64,000 nucleotides of DNA from a virus (taxonomy: Duplodnaviria > Caudoviricetes). The position numbers and the translations under genes are program-made. The notes beneath the pieces were generated by a model that saw only the letters and a list, made by a program, of their open reading frames with translations, was not told the origin of the DNA and did no database searches. Each line of letters opens with the position of its first letter. Positions within the stretch are counted from its first letter, which is position 1. Where the stretch lies: IMG/VR virus record IMGVR_UViG_3300025016_000004, one strand, 5' to 3'. This document shows positions 53,741 through 62,996 of the stretch, piece after piece.

Positions 53741-55279
53741 ATGGCAGACAAGAAAAAGTCTATTATAGAAGAAGCACTAGCGGAATTTAGCCTTATTGAG
53801 GAAACATTAAATTCAAATGCTAAAGAAATACTTCGTTCCGTTGCGAAAGAAGAAATTACAAGCACGCTAAACGAATCCTTATACGAAGATGAGGATGAAT
53901 ACGATATCGAAGATATCGATAATGTTGACGGAGAACCTGAAATGGGTTCTGATGTTGACACATTACCAGTTGATGATGCTTCAGATGCTGCACCAGATTT
54001 CGGTGGAGAAGAAGAAGGCTCTGAAGAACTTGGATTAGATAGTATTGGAATGGACACTGGAGAAGAAGACTTAAGTCTTGAACCAGAAGAAGGTAGCGAG
54101 GACTACGGATTAGACATGACTAGTGCATCAGACGAGGAAGTTATCTCAGTTTACAAAAAATTAAGCGGAGAAGACGAAATAGAAGTTGTATCATCACAAG
54201 AAGTAATAATAAAAGACCCAGTATCAGGGGCAGAATACAACGTTAAAATGAACGGTGGTGGTGCAGACGAAAGTCTTATCGACCAAGGTGAAATGGATGT
54301 TGATGATTTTGAACCAGAAGCTGAAATGGAACCAGAAATGGGTGCTGAGCCAGAAGCTGATTTTGGCGTTGAAGACGCTGAAGAAGAAGCTGGTGAAGAA
54401 GAAGCTGAAGAAACTGAGGAAGAAGAAGACGAGGATTTAGGAGAAGCCGTTGTTTATGAAATTGAATTATCTGAGGAAGATGAGATTGCAGAAGACATTA
54501 TAAGAGGCAAAGGTCACGATAAAGAGTTAGTTAATACTGCTGCGCCTAATTCAGGTGATATCGAAGGACAAAAAGCTCCTGAAGACAAAGATTCGGGTGA
54601 TAATCTTGAAGGTGGATTTGATGATGATGCTCAAAACGGAAGTGGAGACAATCACGCAAAACACATCATGGAAGATGAAACAATAGAAGAATCAGAAGAA
54701 GTAATTGATGAGGAAGATGTTGTTGAAGGTGAGGAAGCTATCGAAGAAAAAATCTCTACTAATAGAGTTCGTACAAATCAAGCTGGTGGTGACTTAACTG
54801 ACATTACTGGTCCAGGCGGAAAACTTGGCCGTAAAGACGAAAGCGTTAGCAAGAAAAAACTAATCGAGGCTGTTAAAAAATACAACACCTTATTAAGTGA
54901 AGCTAAAACTCTTAAAGCTGAAAATGAAACTTTCAAAAAAGCTTTAAAAGATTTCAGAAAAACAATTACTGAAACAGCTGTATTTAATATTAACTTAACT
55001 CACGCTACTAAATTATTCTTAGAACACTCAACTACTAGTGAAGAGAAAAAGAATATTTTAACTAGATTTGACGAACAAGTTAGTACTATTGAAGAGTCTA
55101 AAAAACTTTATAAAACAATCAACTCTGAATTAGGTAATAAAATACCTATGAACGAATCAGTTGAGAATAAATTAGTGTCTGAGCAAAAATCAGGTCAATC
55201 ATCTCAAATTAACGAGACAGTGGCTTATATAGACCCAGCACAAAAAAGAGTTCTTGATTTAATAAACAGAACTAAATAA
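53741..55279 (+). CDS. prohead scaffold/core protein (gp22-like)
   Basis: Very acidic; between protease and MCP; LNES/MNES/INET motifs. Confidence 0.8.
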   Translation: MADKKKSIIEEALAEFSLIEETLNSNAKEILRSVAKEEITSTLNESLYEDEDEYDIEDIDNVDGEPEMGSDVDTLPVDDASDAAPDFGGEEEGSEELGLDSIGMDTGEEDLSLEPEEGSEDYGLDMTSASDEEVISVYKKLSGEDEIEVVSSQEVIIKDPVSGAEYNVKMNGGGADESLIDQGEMDVDDFEPEAEMEPEMGAEPEADFGVEDAEEEAGEEEAEETEEEEDEDLGEAVVYEIELSEEDEIAEDIIRGKGHDKELVNTAAPNSGDIEGQKAPEDKDSGDNLEGGFDDDAQNGSGDNHAKHIMEDETIEESEEVIDEEDVVEGEEAIEEKISTNRVRTNQAGGDLTDITGPGGKLGRKDESVSKKKLIEAVKKYNTLLSEAKTLKAENETFKKALKDFRKTITETAVFNINLTHATKLFLEHSTTSEEKKNILTRFDEQVSTIEESKKLYKTINSELGNKIPMNESVENKLVSEQKSGQSSQINETVAYIDPAQKRVLDLINRTK

Positions 55280-55314
55280 TAATAAAAGATTAAAAAAAAT
55301 TAAAATATAAAATT

Positions 55315-57114
55315 ATGTCAAATTTTTTAACTTCAGGTCAAGTTGGTAATATCGGACTTAACCATATGAAACAAGTGAGAGAAAATACTATCAACAAGTG
55401 GGATAGTTTAGGATTCTTAGATGGTCTTAAAGGTCATGTAAAAGAAAACATCGCTCAATTATATGAGAACGAAGCTTCTCATTTATTAAACGAATCAACT
55501 GACGCTTCTAGCTCAGGTTCTTTCGAAACAGTGGTATTCCCTATCGTTAGGAGAGTATTCTCTAAATTATTAGCAAATGATATTGTATCTGTACAAGCTA
55601 TGAATATGCCAATTGGTAAATTATTCTTCTTCGTACCTCAAACATCTGCTAGGTATGACAACGTAACTAATACTTACGGTGACCCTCACAAAGATGGTTC
55701 ACAATATTCTGCACACACTTCAATGGGTGCTGATGGTCTTCCATTAGTAAGAAACGCTTCTACAGGTTATGCTGTAACTGACTATTTAGCTAAAAACTTA
55801 TATGATATTTACTATAATGACGGATTATTTGATGCGTCTAAAGGTGCTATCACTATTAAAGTTGGCTCTGGTAACTTAGTGGTTTTATCTGCTAGTGGTA
55901 CTTACAGTGCTGCTGGTGCTTTAAGTACTCTTCCAACTGCAACTGATGGGTCTTTAAGAAACGCAATTTTACAAGTTTCTGGATTTAGCTCAACAGCTAA
56001 AGGTAGATTAACTGGTCCAGATGGTAACCAAATGGATACTGAATCTTTCTTAGCTTCTTTAAAAGTAACTTCTACAGTTGCTTTAAATGACCAAGATGGT
56101 AATGCTATCATTGCTGCTGCTGGTGAAGTTCCTTTCAGATTAGTAACTCAAAAATATGGTAAAGGTATCGTTTCTTACGATGACATTTGCGATGTTAACG
56201 GTGTTATCTACTTAGAATTAGATATGACTCACCCAGTAGATGCTGCTGGTACATCAACTTATGATGGTTATGTTGGTCTTGACGCAACAGGTGCTACCGT
56301 ATCTGGTTTAACAGCTAGTAACTTCCCAGTTTCTTGGGCAGAATATGCTACATTAGAACTTGAAACTGAAATGGGAGAAGTATCTTTCAAATTAGATGAA
56401 GTTGTTGTTTCTGTTGAAGAAAGAAAATTGAGAGCTACATGGTCTCCAGAATTAGCACAAGATGTTAGTGCATTCCACAACATTGACGCTGAAGCTGAAT
56501 TAACTGCTATGTTATCTGAGCAAGTTGCTGCTGAAATCGATAGAGAAATCTTAAGAGACATCAGAAAAGCCGCTGCATGGCAATTGAGATGGGATTGGAA
56601 CGGATGGAGAAAAGCTTCTCTAGCTGCTAATGCTTATACTCAAAAAGACTGGAATCAAACTTTAATTACTAAAGTTAACCAAATTTCAGCACAAATCCAT
56701 AAATCTACTCTTAGAGGTGGTGCAAACTTCATCGTGGTTTCTTCTGAAATCTCTGCTGTGTTTGACGATTTAGAATACTTCCACGTATCTGATGCATCTC
56801 CAGAGCAAGACCAATATAATATGGGTATCGAGAAAATCGGTTCATTAAGCGGAAGATACCAAGTGTATCGTGACCCTTATGCTCCATCTTGGTCACTTAT
56901 TATGGGACATAAAGGTAAATCATTGTTAGACACTGGTTACATCTACGCACCTTACGTGCCAATGCAACTTACACCTACAATGTACAACCCATTCAACTTT
57001 GCACCAGTAAAAGGTATTATGACTCGTTATGCGAAAAAAATTGTTAACAACAGATTTTATGGGGCTGTAAGAGTTGATGGTCTACAAACATTCAACATTA
57101 ACGAATTAAGATAA
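55315..57114 (+). CDS. major capsid protein (T4 gp23-like)
   Basis: VFPIVRRVF, VSVQAM..P.G..F, RKLRATWSPELAQD, EAEL...LSEQ...EIDREI, F.PVKGIMTRYA. Confidence 0.95.
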   Translation: MSNFLTSGQVGNIGLNHMKQVRENTINKWDSLGFLDGLKGHVKENIAQLYENEASHLLNESTDASSSGSFETVVFPIVRRVFSKLLANDIVSVQAMNMPIGKLFFFVPQTSARYDNVTNTYGDPHKDGSQYSAHTSMGADGLPLVRNASTGYAVTDYLAKNLYDIYYNDGLFDASKGAITIKVGSGNLVVLSASGTYSAAGALSTLPTATDGSLRNAILQVSGFSSTAKGRLTGPDGNQMDTESFLASLKVTSTVALNDQDGNAIIAAAGEVPFRLVTQKYGKGIVSYDDICDVNGVIYLELDMTHPVDAAGTSTYDGYVGLDATGATVSGLTASNFPVSWAEYATLELETEMGEVSFKLDEVVVSVEERKLRATWSPELAQDVSAFHNIDAEAELTAMLSEQVAAEIDREILRDIRKAAAWQLRWDWNGWRKASLAANAYTQKDWNQTLITKVNQISAQIHKSTLRGGANFIVVSSEISAVFDDLEYFHVSDASPEQDQYNMGIEKIGSLSGRYQVYRDPYAPSWSLIMGHKGKSLLDTGYIYAPYVPMQLTPTMYNPFNFAPVKGIMTRYAKKIVNNRFYGAVRVDGLQTFNINELR

Positions 57115-57138
57115 TATCTTAAGCTCGTATGAAAATAC

Positions 57139-57168
57139 AAAAGGTCTAGATTTTCTAGACTTTTTTTA
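57139..57168 (+). terminator. terminator after MCP (bidirectional shape)
   Basis: AAAGGTCTAGA/TCTAGACTTT stem with T-run. Confidence 0.7.
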
Positions 57169-57217
57169 TTTTATAAAAGAACCATAATTTCGATTATTTA
57201 CTTGACTTTCAATATAT

Positions 57218-57376
57218 TTATAAAGGAGCGTAAAACCCATTAAGTTTCATATCATATAGTTGACCTAAAACTGTTTGTTCTTGTGTTGCGGCTAATTCTT
57301 TAGCTTTTTTAATTTCAGAACTATCGCAAGAAAATAGTAAAGAAAAGATTGTTAATACTAATAAGATTTTTTTCAT
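57218..57376 (-). CDS. small lipoprotein (52 aa)
   Basis: MKKILLVLTIFSLLFS|C lipobox by hand translation. Confidence 0.55.
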   Translation of the reverse strand: MKKILLVLTIFSLLFSCDSSEIKKAKELAATQEQTVLGQLYDMKLNGFYAPL

Positions 57377-57449
57377 AATATTTAATATTTTATTAATAAT
57401 CGTAATTGTTCACTGGCCGCAAAATATGTGTCTATTTTATCTTTTGTCA

Positions 57450-57677
57450 TTACTTAGCTTCTTTAATCAGCGTATAACGAGCATATCTTACATCGTCACC
57501 AAATTTATTCTTACCAGTTTCAGTTGTAGATGTAATTACATGACCATCTTTCTTAAGTTGAAAAATAGTTGCAGCTAATCTGGTGTTACCCAATTTATTA
57601 AAAGCATACCATGGACTAATTGACCCATGACCTCTCATTGCATCTAATACTCGTTGTTTTTGCGTTACTTTTGACAT
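57450..57677 (-). CDS. helix-turn-helix protein (HTH_39-like)
   Basis: TQKQRVLD....G.IS...A......RLAATI..LK..G..I; promoter at 57700. Confidence 0.75.
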   Translation of the reverse strand: MSKVTQKQRVLDAMRGHGSISPWYAFNKLGNTRLAATIFQLKKDGHVITSTTETGKNKFGDDVRYARYTLIKEAK

Positions 57678-57733
57678 AAATTTTTAAATTAATATTCTAC
57701 AAATATAAGGATAATATTTTACTTATCCAAATT

Positions 57734-57889
57734 TTAATCAACTCTTTTTTTAATTATCTGAAATACCATATCTTCAACCTCTTTTTTAATGTCATCTTCA
57801 AGGTTATACCACCAATCATCAAACCCACTTCTATCACATAGTGCGTCAAATATTTCTGCAACCGTTTTTTTTATTTCTCTATTTTTCAT
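57734..57889 (-). CDS. small ORF (51 aa)
   Basis: Hand translation MKNREIKKTVAEIFDALCDRSGFDDWW... Confidence 0.5.
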   Translation of the reverse strand: MKNREIKKTVAEIFDALCDRSGFDDWWYNLEDDIKKEVEDMVFQIIKKRVD

Positions 57890-58008
57890 TTAATTTATCT
57901 TTTATTAAATCCAATTTCCTATTTTCCATTTGATTTATTAAACTCAATGATTTAGTTATTGGGTTATTCTCAACCCAGAATTTAGCTCTTTTTAATTCAA
58001 GAGTTACT

Positions 58009-59028
58009 TCACTCAGTGACATTTCTTTGATTCTCATAATATTTTATAGTTTCAACCATACCTTCCTCAAAGTTTTTTTCAGGTTTCCAATTAAGGTTTG
58101 TTTGTAGTTTATTTGAATTGATTGCATATCTTAAATCATGACCCTTTCTATCTGTAACAAACTCTATTGGCATAGGGATATTGAAATTGTGGGGACCCTT
58201 CAAAAATATTTGATACTGTGCACTTATTTTTCTGATTAATTCAATATTAGTCATTTCATTATCACCACCAACATTATATGTTTGGCCAGTTTTACCATTA
58301 TGAAATATTTCGTCAATGGCTGTTACATGGTCACCAACCCATAACCAATCTCTTACGTTTTCACCTTTACCATAAACTGGTATCTTCTCACCATCCATTA
58401 ATTTATTGATAACAACTGGTATCAATTTTTCTTTATGTTGGTGTGGACCATAATTGTTTGAGCAGTTAGATATTGTTACATTCATGTTATACGTTCTACC
58501 ATAAGCTCTCACAAAGTGGTCAGAAGCCGCTTTAGAAGCCGAATAAGGTGAACTGGGGTCATAAGGCGTTGATTCACTGAAAGGGGCTTCATCAAGCTCT
58601 AAATCACCGTAAACTTCATCAGTTGAAACATGATGGAATCTATTATCTGAACCTTCACCCCAAAATTCTTTTGCAACATTTAATAAATTAACCGTTCCCA
58701 TAACGTTGGTATCAACAAATATGTTAGGGGTTAATATTGAATTATCTACGTGAGATTCTGCGGCCAAATGGATTATATCGGTAATATCATGTAATTTGAA
58801 TAAATGAGTTACTAATTCAGTATCCCTAATATCACCTTTACAAAAAAATATATTTTCTTTCCACCCAACTCTATTACCTTCAACATGCATTATGTTGTGA
58901 ATATTAGAAGCATAAGTTAGTAAATCTAAAACTACAAATTTATAGTTTGGGTATTTATCTGTGAAGAAGTTAACAACGTGGGAACCTATAAACCCAGCTC
59001 CACCTGTTATTAATATTGTTTTTTTCAT
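58009..59028 (-). CDS. rmlB: dTDP-glucose 4,6-dehydratase
   Basis: TGGAGFIGS, LDLLTYA, HLAAESHVD, HVSTDEVYG, YSASKAASD, CSNNYGP, GENVRDW, DRKGHDLRY. Confidence 0.95.
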   Translation of the reverse strand: MKKTILITGGAGFIGSHVVNFFTDKYPNYKFVVLDLLTYASNIHNIMHVEGNRVGWKENIFFCKGDIRDTELVTHLFKLHDITDIIHLAAESHVDNSILTPNIFVDTNVMGTVNLLNVAKEFWGEGSDNRFHHVSTDEVYGDLELDEAPFSESTPYDPSSPYSASKAASDHFVRAYGRTYNMNVTISNCSNNYGPHQHKEKLIPVVINKLMDGEKIPVYGKGENVRDWLWVGDHVTAIDEIFHNGKTGQTYNVGGDNEMTNIELIRKISAQYQIFLKGPHNFNIPMPIEFVTDRKGHDLRYAINSNKLQTNLNWKPEKNFEEGMVETIKYYENQRNVTE

Positions 59029-59168
59029 TATTTAAATGGGTTATATTTTTCTTTCAAATTTTCAATAAAGGTCATCTTAGATTCAAAAAAACCTACTTTC
59101 CATGAAATATAAATCGTTATTAATGCTATTATTCCGAAGATGATATATTTTAAATTCTTTTTATTCAT
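59028..59168 (-). CDS. small membrane protein (46 aa)
   Basis: Hand translation, one TM; TAATG overlap with rmlB. Confidence 0.45.
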   Translation of the reverse strand: MNKKNLKYIIFGIIALITIYISWKVGFFESKMTFIENLKEKYNPFK

Positions 59169-59263
59169 ATTTCAGTAAATTATTTACAATTATACACAAA
59201 AAAAGGGGAAAAACAAAATTTCCCCTTTTAATTTATATCGTAATTAACTATTATTATTTAATT

Positions 59264-60178
59264 TTATAATTTTCTACCACATTTTGAGCAGAAATTATCT
59301 TTAGCTTTCGCTTTTGCACCACAATTGGTACAGTAAGATTTGTGTAAATCTTGTGTTTCCACATTTTTTTGTGAAATCGGTAATAGTTTATAAGAAACTC
59401 TATGAAATGCATATGTTTCAAATTCAATGTTTACCGTTTGGAATTTTTGATTTGACTGAGCACCTTGCTCCACTCTACCTGTTTCAATCTTTTTGGCAGA
59501 CCTTAATACACTTTTAAGCTTTTTTTCTGAAGGTTGACCTAAAGATGTTGATTTAAAAGCGTCTGGTATTTGAGGTTGTGGTGCGAAATCGTTAGATAAA
59601 CTACCTTGTGACATCATATCTAATGTCGCTGTACTTGAATATAGGGCATTTGTACTAACAGTAGTGCTAGTATTACCAAATGCTACACCATTTGTTGTTG
59701 TAGTATGAGCATACCCGCCACTTGAAGTACCATCAGAATAGGTCCATGTTGGGCCTGAGAATGGAGTCCAAGTAGTACTATTACCAGAATTTATAAAAAT
59801 AGGGTTTAATTTTGTGGTTTGTTCTTTATAGAACAAAACTTCAACATCACCATTATCTCTAATAGCTTGTTTTACTTCATCACCACCTGATACTTCATAG
59901 GTATCAAATTTAAATTTCTTATCTATATCAAAATACCTATCAAGAAATACACGCTCACCAGGTCTCAACACCAATCCACTTTGTGAAATTAGTTTGTTGT
60001 TCAACTTGATTTTGGCTAAAACCTTATCGGTTGTTGGATTGAATAATTCAATTTGGAATTGACTTGATTTATGTAAATAATACACAGGTATTTCATTTTT
60101 TTTATCATATTGTTTAATTCTACTTTTATTTATTGCTAAATAAGCTGTAGGTTCATTATTTTTCATTATATTTTTCAT
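59264..60178 (-). CDS. beta-rich protein with C-terminal zinc ribbon
   Basis: IELFNPT, LVLRPGERVFL.RY, ETGRVEQG..S.Q.F, CTNCG...FCSKCG. Confidence 0.75.
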   Translation of the reverse strand: MKNIMKNNEPTAYLAINKSRIKQYDKKNEIPVYYLHKSSQFQIELFNPTTDKVLAKIKLNNKLISQSGLVLRPGERVFLDRYFDIDKKFKFDTYEVSGGDEVKQAIRDNGDVEVLFYKEQTTKLNPIFINSGNSTTWTPFSGPTWTYSDGTSSGGYAHTTTTNGVAFGNTSTTVSTNALYSSTATLDMMSQGSLSNDFAPQPQIPDAFKSTSLGQPSEKKLKSVLRSAKKIETGRVEQGAQSNQKFQTVNIEFETYAFHRVSYKLLPISQKNVETQDLHKSYCTNCGAKAKAKDNFCSKCGRKL

Positions 60179-61005
60179 TTTTTTAAATTTTTATATTTCC
60201 AAATAAACCCATAAGATGTTCTTGCTTTATTATTACAACACATCCAAATATTACCTACAGATAAATTTAACGCTTTCGAAGCTATTCCAGCTGAATCCCA
60301 TTCAGTTATTAAATTCATTTCTAAATCATATTGTAATACAGGTTTAGATTTTTTATTATTTTTACCACTATTTGCGGAACCAATTTTTTGTTTATGCTCG
60401 TTTGTTAGAGTTTTACCTAACATTGGTCCTAACCCAAAATGTGGATTTTTATTACCTCTTTTAGCTTCAGACATTTTTTGTTTTGATTCTTCTGAATGTT
60501 TTTTATTGAAAAAGGGGTTAGTTTTATCTTTACTAATTTCTAAATTAGAAGATTCATTAATAAAATATTGATTTTCGTCTTTATTTAATAAAGTTTTTGT
60601 TAATATTATGTGATGACCTTTTAAGTTAGATTTTAATTTAGCTTCAGACATTTTTTGTTTTGATTCTTCTGAAAATTTAAAACCAAGAGTAGACCCCGCA
60701 ATCCCACTAATATTATAACCAATGTTTTTGTCACAAACATTTAAATTATCAATAAATGTTTGTTCTTCCATTAATAATAAATTTTTTTCTGGTTTAACTT
60801 CTAAAATAGGTTTGAATTCAAAAGAAGTTTCACCATATTTATTCCAAGCATTTTGTAAATGTGAGTTGGGATGCTTATTTTTACGCAATAATTTTTTATG
60901 GTCATTAAATCTTATTTTAAAATTTTTTGTTGACCCAATATATAATTTATGGTTATTTAAATTAATTATTTTATAAACACCTGATTTGTATTCTATTTTT
61001 TTCAT
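60175..61005 (-). CDS. GIY-YIG homing endonuclease with NUMOD3 repeats and NUMOD1/IENR tail
   Basis: SGVYKIINL...YIGS, R...H, EQ; SEESKQKMSEAK twice; KPVLQY...W.S...A....I..CC; late-type motif 61020. Confidence 0.9.
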   Translation of the reverse strand: MKKIEYKSGVYKIINLNNHKLYIGSTKNFKIRFNDHKKLLRKNKHPNSHLQNAWNKYGETSFEFKPILEVKPEKNLLLMEEQTFIDNLNVCDKNIGYNISGIAGSTLGFKFSEESKQKMSEAKLKSNLKGHHIILTKTLLNKDENQYFINESSNLEISKDKTNPFFNKKHSEESKQKMSEAKRGNKNPHFGLGPMLGKTLTNEHKQKIGSANSGKNNKKSKPVLQYDLEMNLITEWDSAGIASKALNLSVGNIWMCCNNKARTSYGFIWKYKNLKK

Positions 61006-61026
61006 AATATTATTTTTATATAAATA

Positions 61027-61194
61027 TTAAATTAAATAGAAGTATTCAACCCTAATGGGGTTTAAAATTAATAAAATTTTTTGAAGATAGTAAGTCGGAA
61101 TATTTGACTTATTGTTATACATTTTTACTCTACCTTTGTTGATAGCAAGAGTCGCTGTTGGGTTAGGATTACCCACCTTTACATTTGTTTTCAT
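61027..61194 (-). pseudogene. orphan 5' copy of the 59264..60178 gene
   Basis: PTATLAINKGRVKMYNNKSNIPTYYLQK versus PTAYLAINKSRIKQYDKKNEIPVYYLHK. Confidence 0.75.
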
Positions 61195-61217
61195 AATTAC
61201 TTTTAATTTTTAATTAT

Positions 61218-61277
61218 GTACCAATCTTTTTGTTACCGAAATAACTCCAAAGCCGTTTATCGACTCAAGACCAATAC
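61218..61277 (-). ncRNA. candidate structured 5' leader (three-way junction)
   Basis: 11-bp closing stem with G-U pairs, AGTCG/CGGCT hairpin, GTTAT-TTCG-GTAAC tetraloop hairpin. Confidence 0.5.
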
Positions 61278-61395
61278 GTATTGTTAATCACGTTATATAA
61301 GTAAATATATGAAATCTAAAAAAAACGTCAAGTTTTTTTAAAAAAATAATCTATTTATTATATGTCTCTTGGCTTAGAAATAAGGTTTTTAAAGC

Positions 61396-61560
61396 TTAAT
61401 AAGTTTTGGTAAAATTATCACACCCAACGTGATTTCCATTAATAAAGAAAAATTTACAACGTATTTTTTTTACGTTATTATCCGCTTTATTGAAAGTATT
61501 ACAATATTGCTTAATGGGGCAATCTTTGTTAGTACATTTTATATTATCCTTTTCTTTCAT
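61396..61560 (-). CDS. small Cys-rich protein (54 aa)
   Basis: KCTNKDCPIKQYC...C by hand translation. Confidence 0.5.
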   Translation of the reverse strand: MKEKDNIKCTNKDCPIKQYCNTFNKADNNVKKIRCKFFFINGNHVGCDNFTKTY

Positions 61561-62965
61561 CTACTTGGCTAGTAATGTCAAAACTAATTATATTTTTAGT
61601 TGTGGTCACTTCGTAGCTTGATGTTGCTTTAACATCTAAGTAGTATCTATTTGGAACAAGACTTGCAGTATCCAATAGGAAATAATTATAATTGAAGGCT
61701 AATTCAACTGGTGTGTAATCAATTACAGTATATTCAGCTTTACCTTCCTTAACATATAATCTATATTCTAAAGAATCTAAAACCTCTTGTTGATTAACAG
61801 TATACGGAATTCTAGCCATAACCCTAACCTTTCTAATATCACCTCTATTAATTTTTTCACCATCTTTTATTCCTGATACATTAAATGTGTAATTTTTAGG
61901 TATTGACGAATCTGACCCTATTTTATAGTATTCGTCAGCTGATTTCAATTCAAATTCTAATTCAGCGTTTGGTCTGGTAACGCCATTGATGGTAATTCCA
62001 CTCCAAATATCTTCGTATAATACACATCCTACTGGTGTAGTTGGTACCAATAATTGAATTGAGTATACACCTTTGGTTTCATGAGTAATATCAGCACCCG
62101 TAAATGCAGAAACTACATCACCTAAATTATCTAATATTGTAACACCCATACCTGACATAGAATCAACATTGGTTGGGACGCCACCGACATTAACATATAG
62201 GTATAATTTATTAAGCTTATCTAAATAAAAATTACCTCTGTTATCAAGAATGGTATTATTATATCTAGATTCTACATAAGGTTCGTAAAAAGTTTGTGTA
62301 TGTCTGGTAAAGAAACCAACATATTTTAAATTGTCTTCAATAGCGTTTTCAAGTGCATCATCAAATGCTAAACCTAAACCATAATTTGTATCACCAGTTA
62401 AATATCCATTTACGATATCTGTAATGTCCATCTCAAGATTTTCATTACCATCTGCGAAGTGTTGTGTTACCAATGTAACTCCTGATGTTGCGCCAGTATA
62501 CACACCGCTACCACTTGGCCAGTTGGTACCAGTTTGAGCGTCAATCCAATTGGATGGTGCATCACTTAAAACAGTTGCATTAGAAGATGTGAAGTATTTT
62601 TGACCAGCAAAATCATAACCTATACCTTCGTCCCATTCTTGGTCAATAGCAAATAAATTTAAGTTGAAAGAACTTGTTCTATCTTTACCATCACCAGTCT
62701 CTTTACCCAATAATGAAGTATCGAAAGTGCTGGTATTGGTCATTCTAAGTGTATGGGTTAAACCAGTTAATTCTGGGTACATACCAGTATTATAAAATTC
62801 TTTTAATCTAGTAATATCAAAATGGAAGATATACCTAGTATATAGTGGGTTTTCCGTTAACCAAACCCCACCGTAAAATAGTTCGGCCACAGGGTTTTTA
62901 CCAGTGTTAACGTTTTGATTGTACACCAGTGTATTATTTTTATCAAAGTAACTTCTTACTACCAT
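61544..62965 (-). CDS. putative virion/baseplate protein (DNRLRE-like, beta-rich)
   Basis: WDEG.G, SNW...W..G pattern, Ig-like tail; next to baseplate hub gene; late-type motif. Confidence 0.55.
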   Translation of the reverse strand: MVVRSYFDKNNTLVYNQNVNTGKNPVAELFYGGVWLTENPLYTRYIFHFDITRLKEFYNTGMYPELTGLTHTLRMTNTSTFDTSLLGKETGDGKDRTSSFNLNLFAIDQEWDEGIGYDFAGQKYFTSSNATVLSDAPSNWIDAQTGTNWPSGSGVYTGATSGVTLVTQHFADGNENLEMDITDIVNGYLTGDTNYGLGLAFDDALENAIEDNLKYVGFFTRHTQTFYEPYVESRYNNTILDNRGNFYLDKLNKLYLYVNVGGVPTNVDSMSGMGVTILDNLGDVVSAFTGADITHETKGVYSIQLLVPTTPVGCVLYEDIWSGITINGVTRPNAELEFELKSADEYYKIGSDSSIPKNYTFNVSGIKDGEKINRGDIRKVRVMARIPYTVNQQEVLDSLEYRLYVKEGKAEYTVIDYTPVELAFNYNYFLLDTASLVPNRYYLDVKATSSYEVTTTKNIISFDITSQVDERKG

Positions 62966-62996
62966 TTCTCGCTTTTATAATAAATATCTAGTTTTT

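Larger units (their letters stand above)
13152..62987. promoter_or_regulatory. candidate phage late promoter ATATTTAT(T/A)A just upstream of starts
   Basis: On + at 13152, 15679, 17160, 19814, 20265, 23491, 38520, 43258, 49557, 51767, 53674; on - at 19051, 30364, 33913, 61020, 62980. Each lies just upstream of a gene start, including terminase, protease and scaffold. Confidence 0.6.

Noticed and set aside
34229-56561. Numerous antisense ORFs in the track (for example 34229, 39870, 49114, 53725, 56268)
   Set aside because: Shadow frames opposite well-supported genes; low-complexity Ser-rich translations with no promoter or leader
60468-60675. Near-identical ~30-bp direct repeats inside the GIY-YIG gene
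   Set aside because: Explained by tandem NUMOD3 motifs (SEESKQKMSEAK), normal for this family
60175-61194. Group I intron around the GIY-YIG gene
   Set aside because: No P7/core motifs recognised, and the downstream gene has its own ATG and duplicated N-terminus, so splicing is not needed
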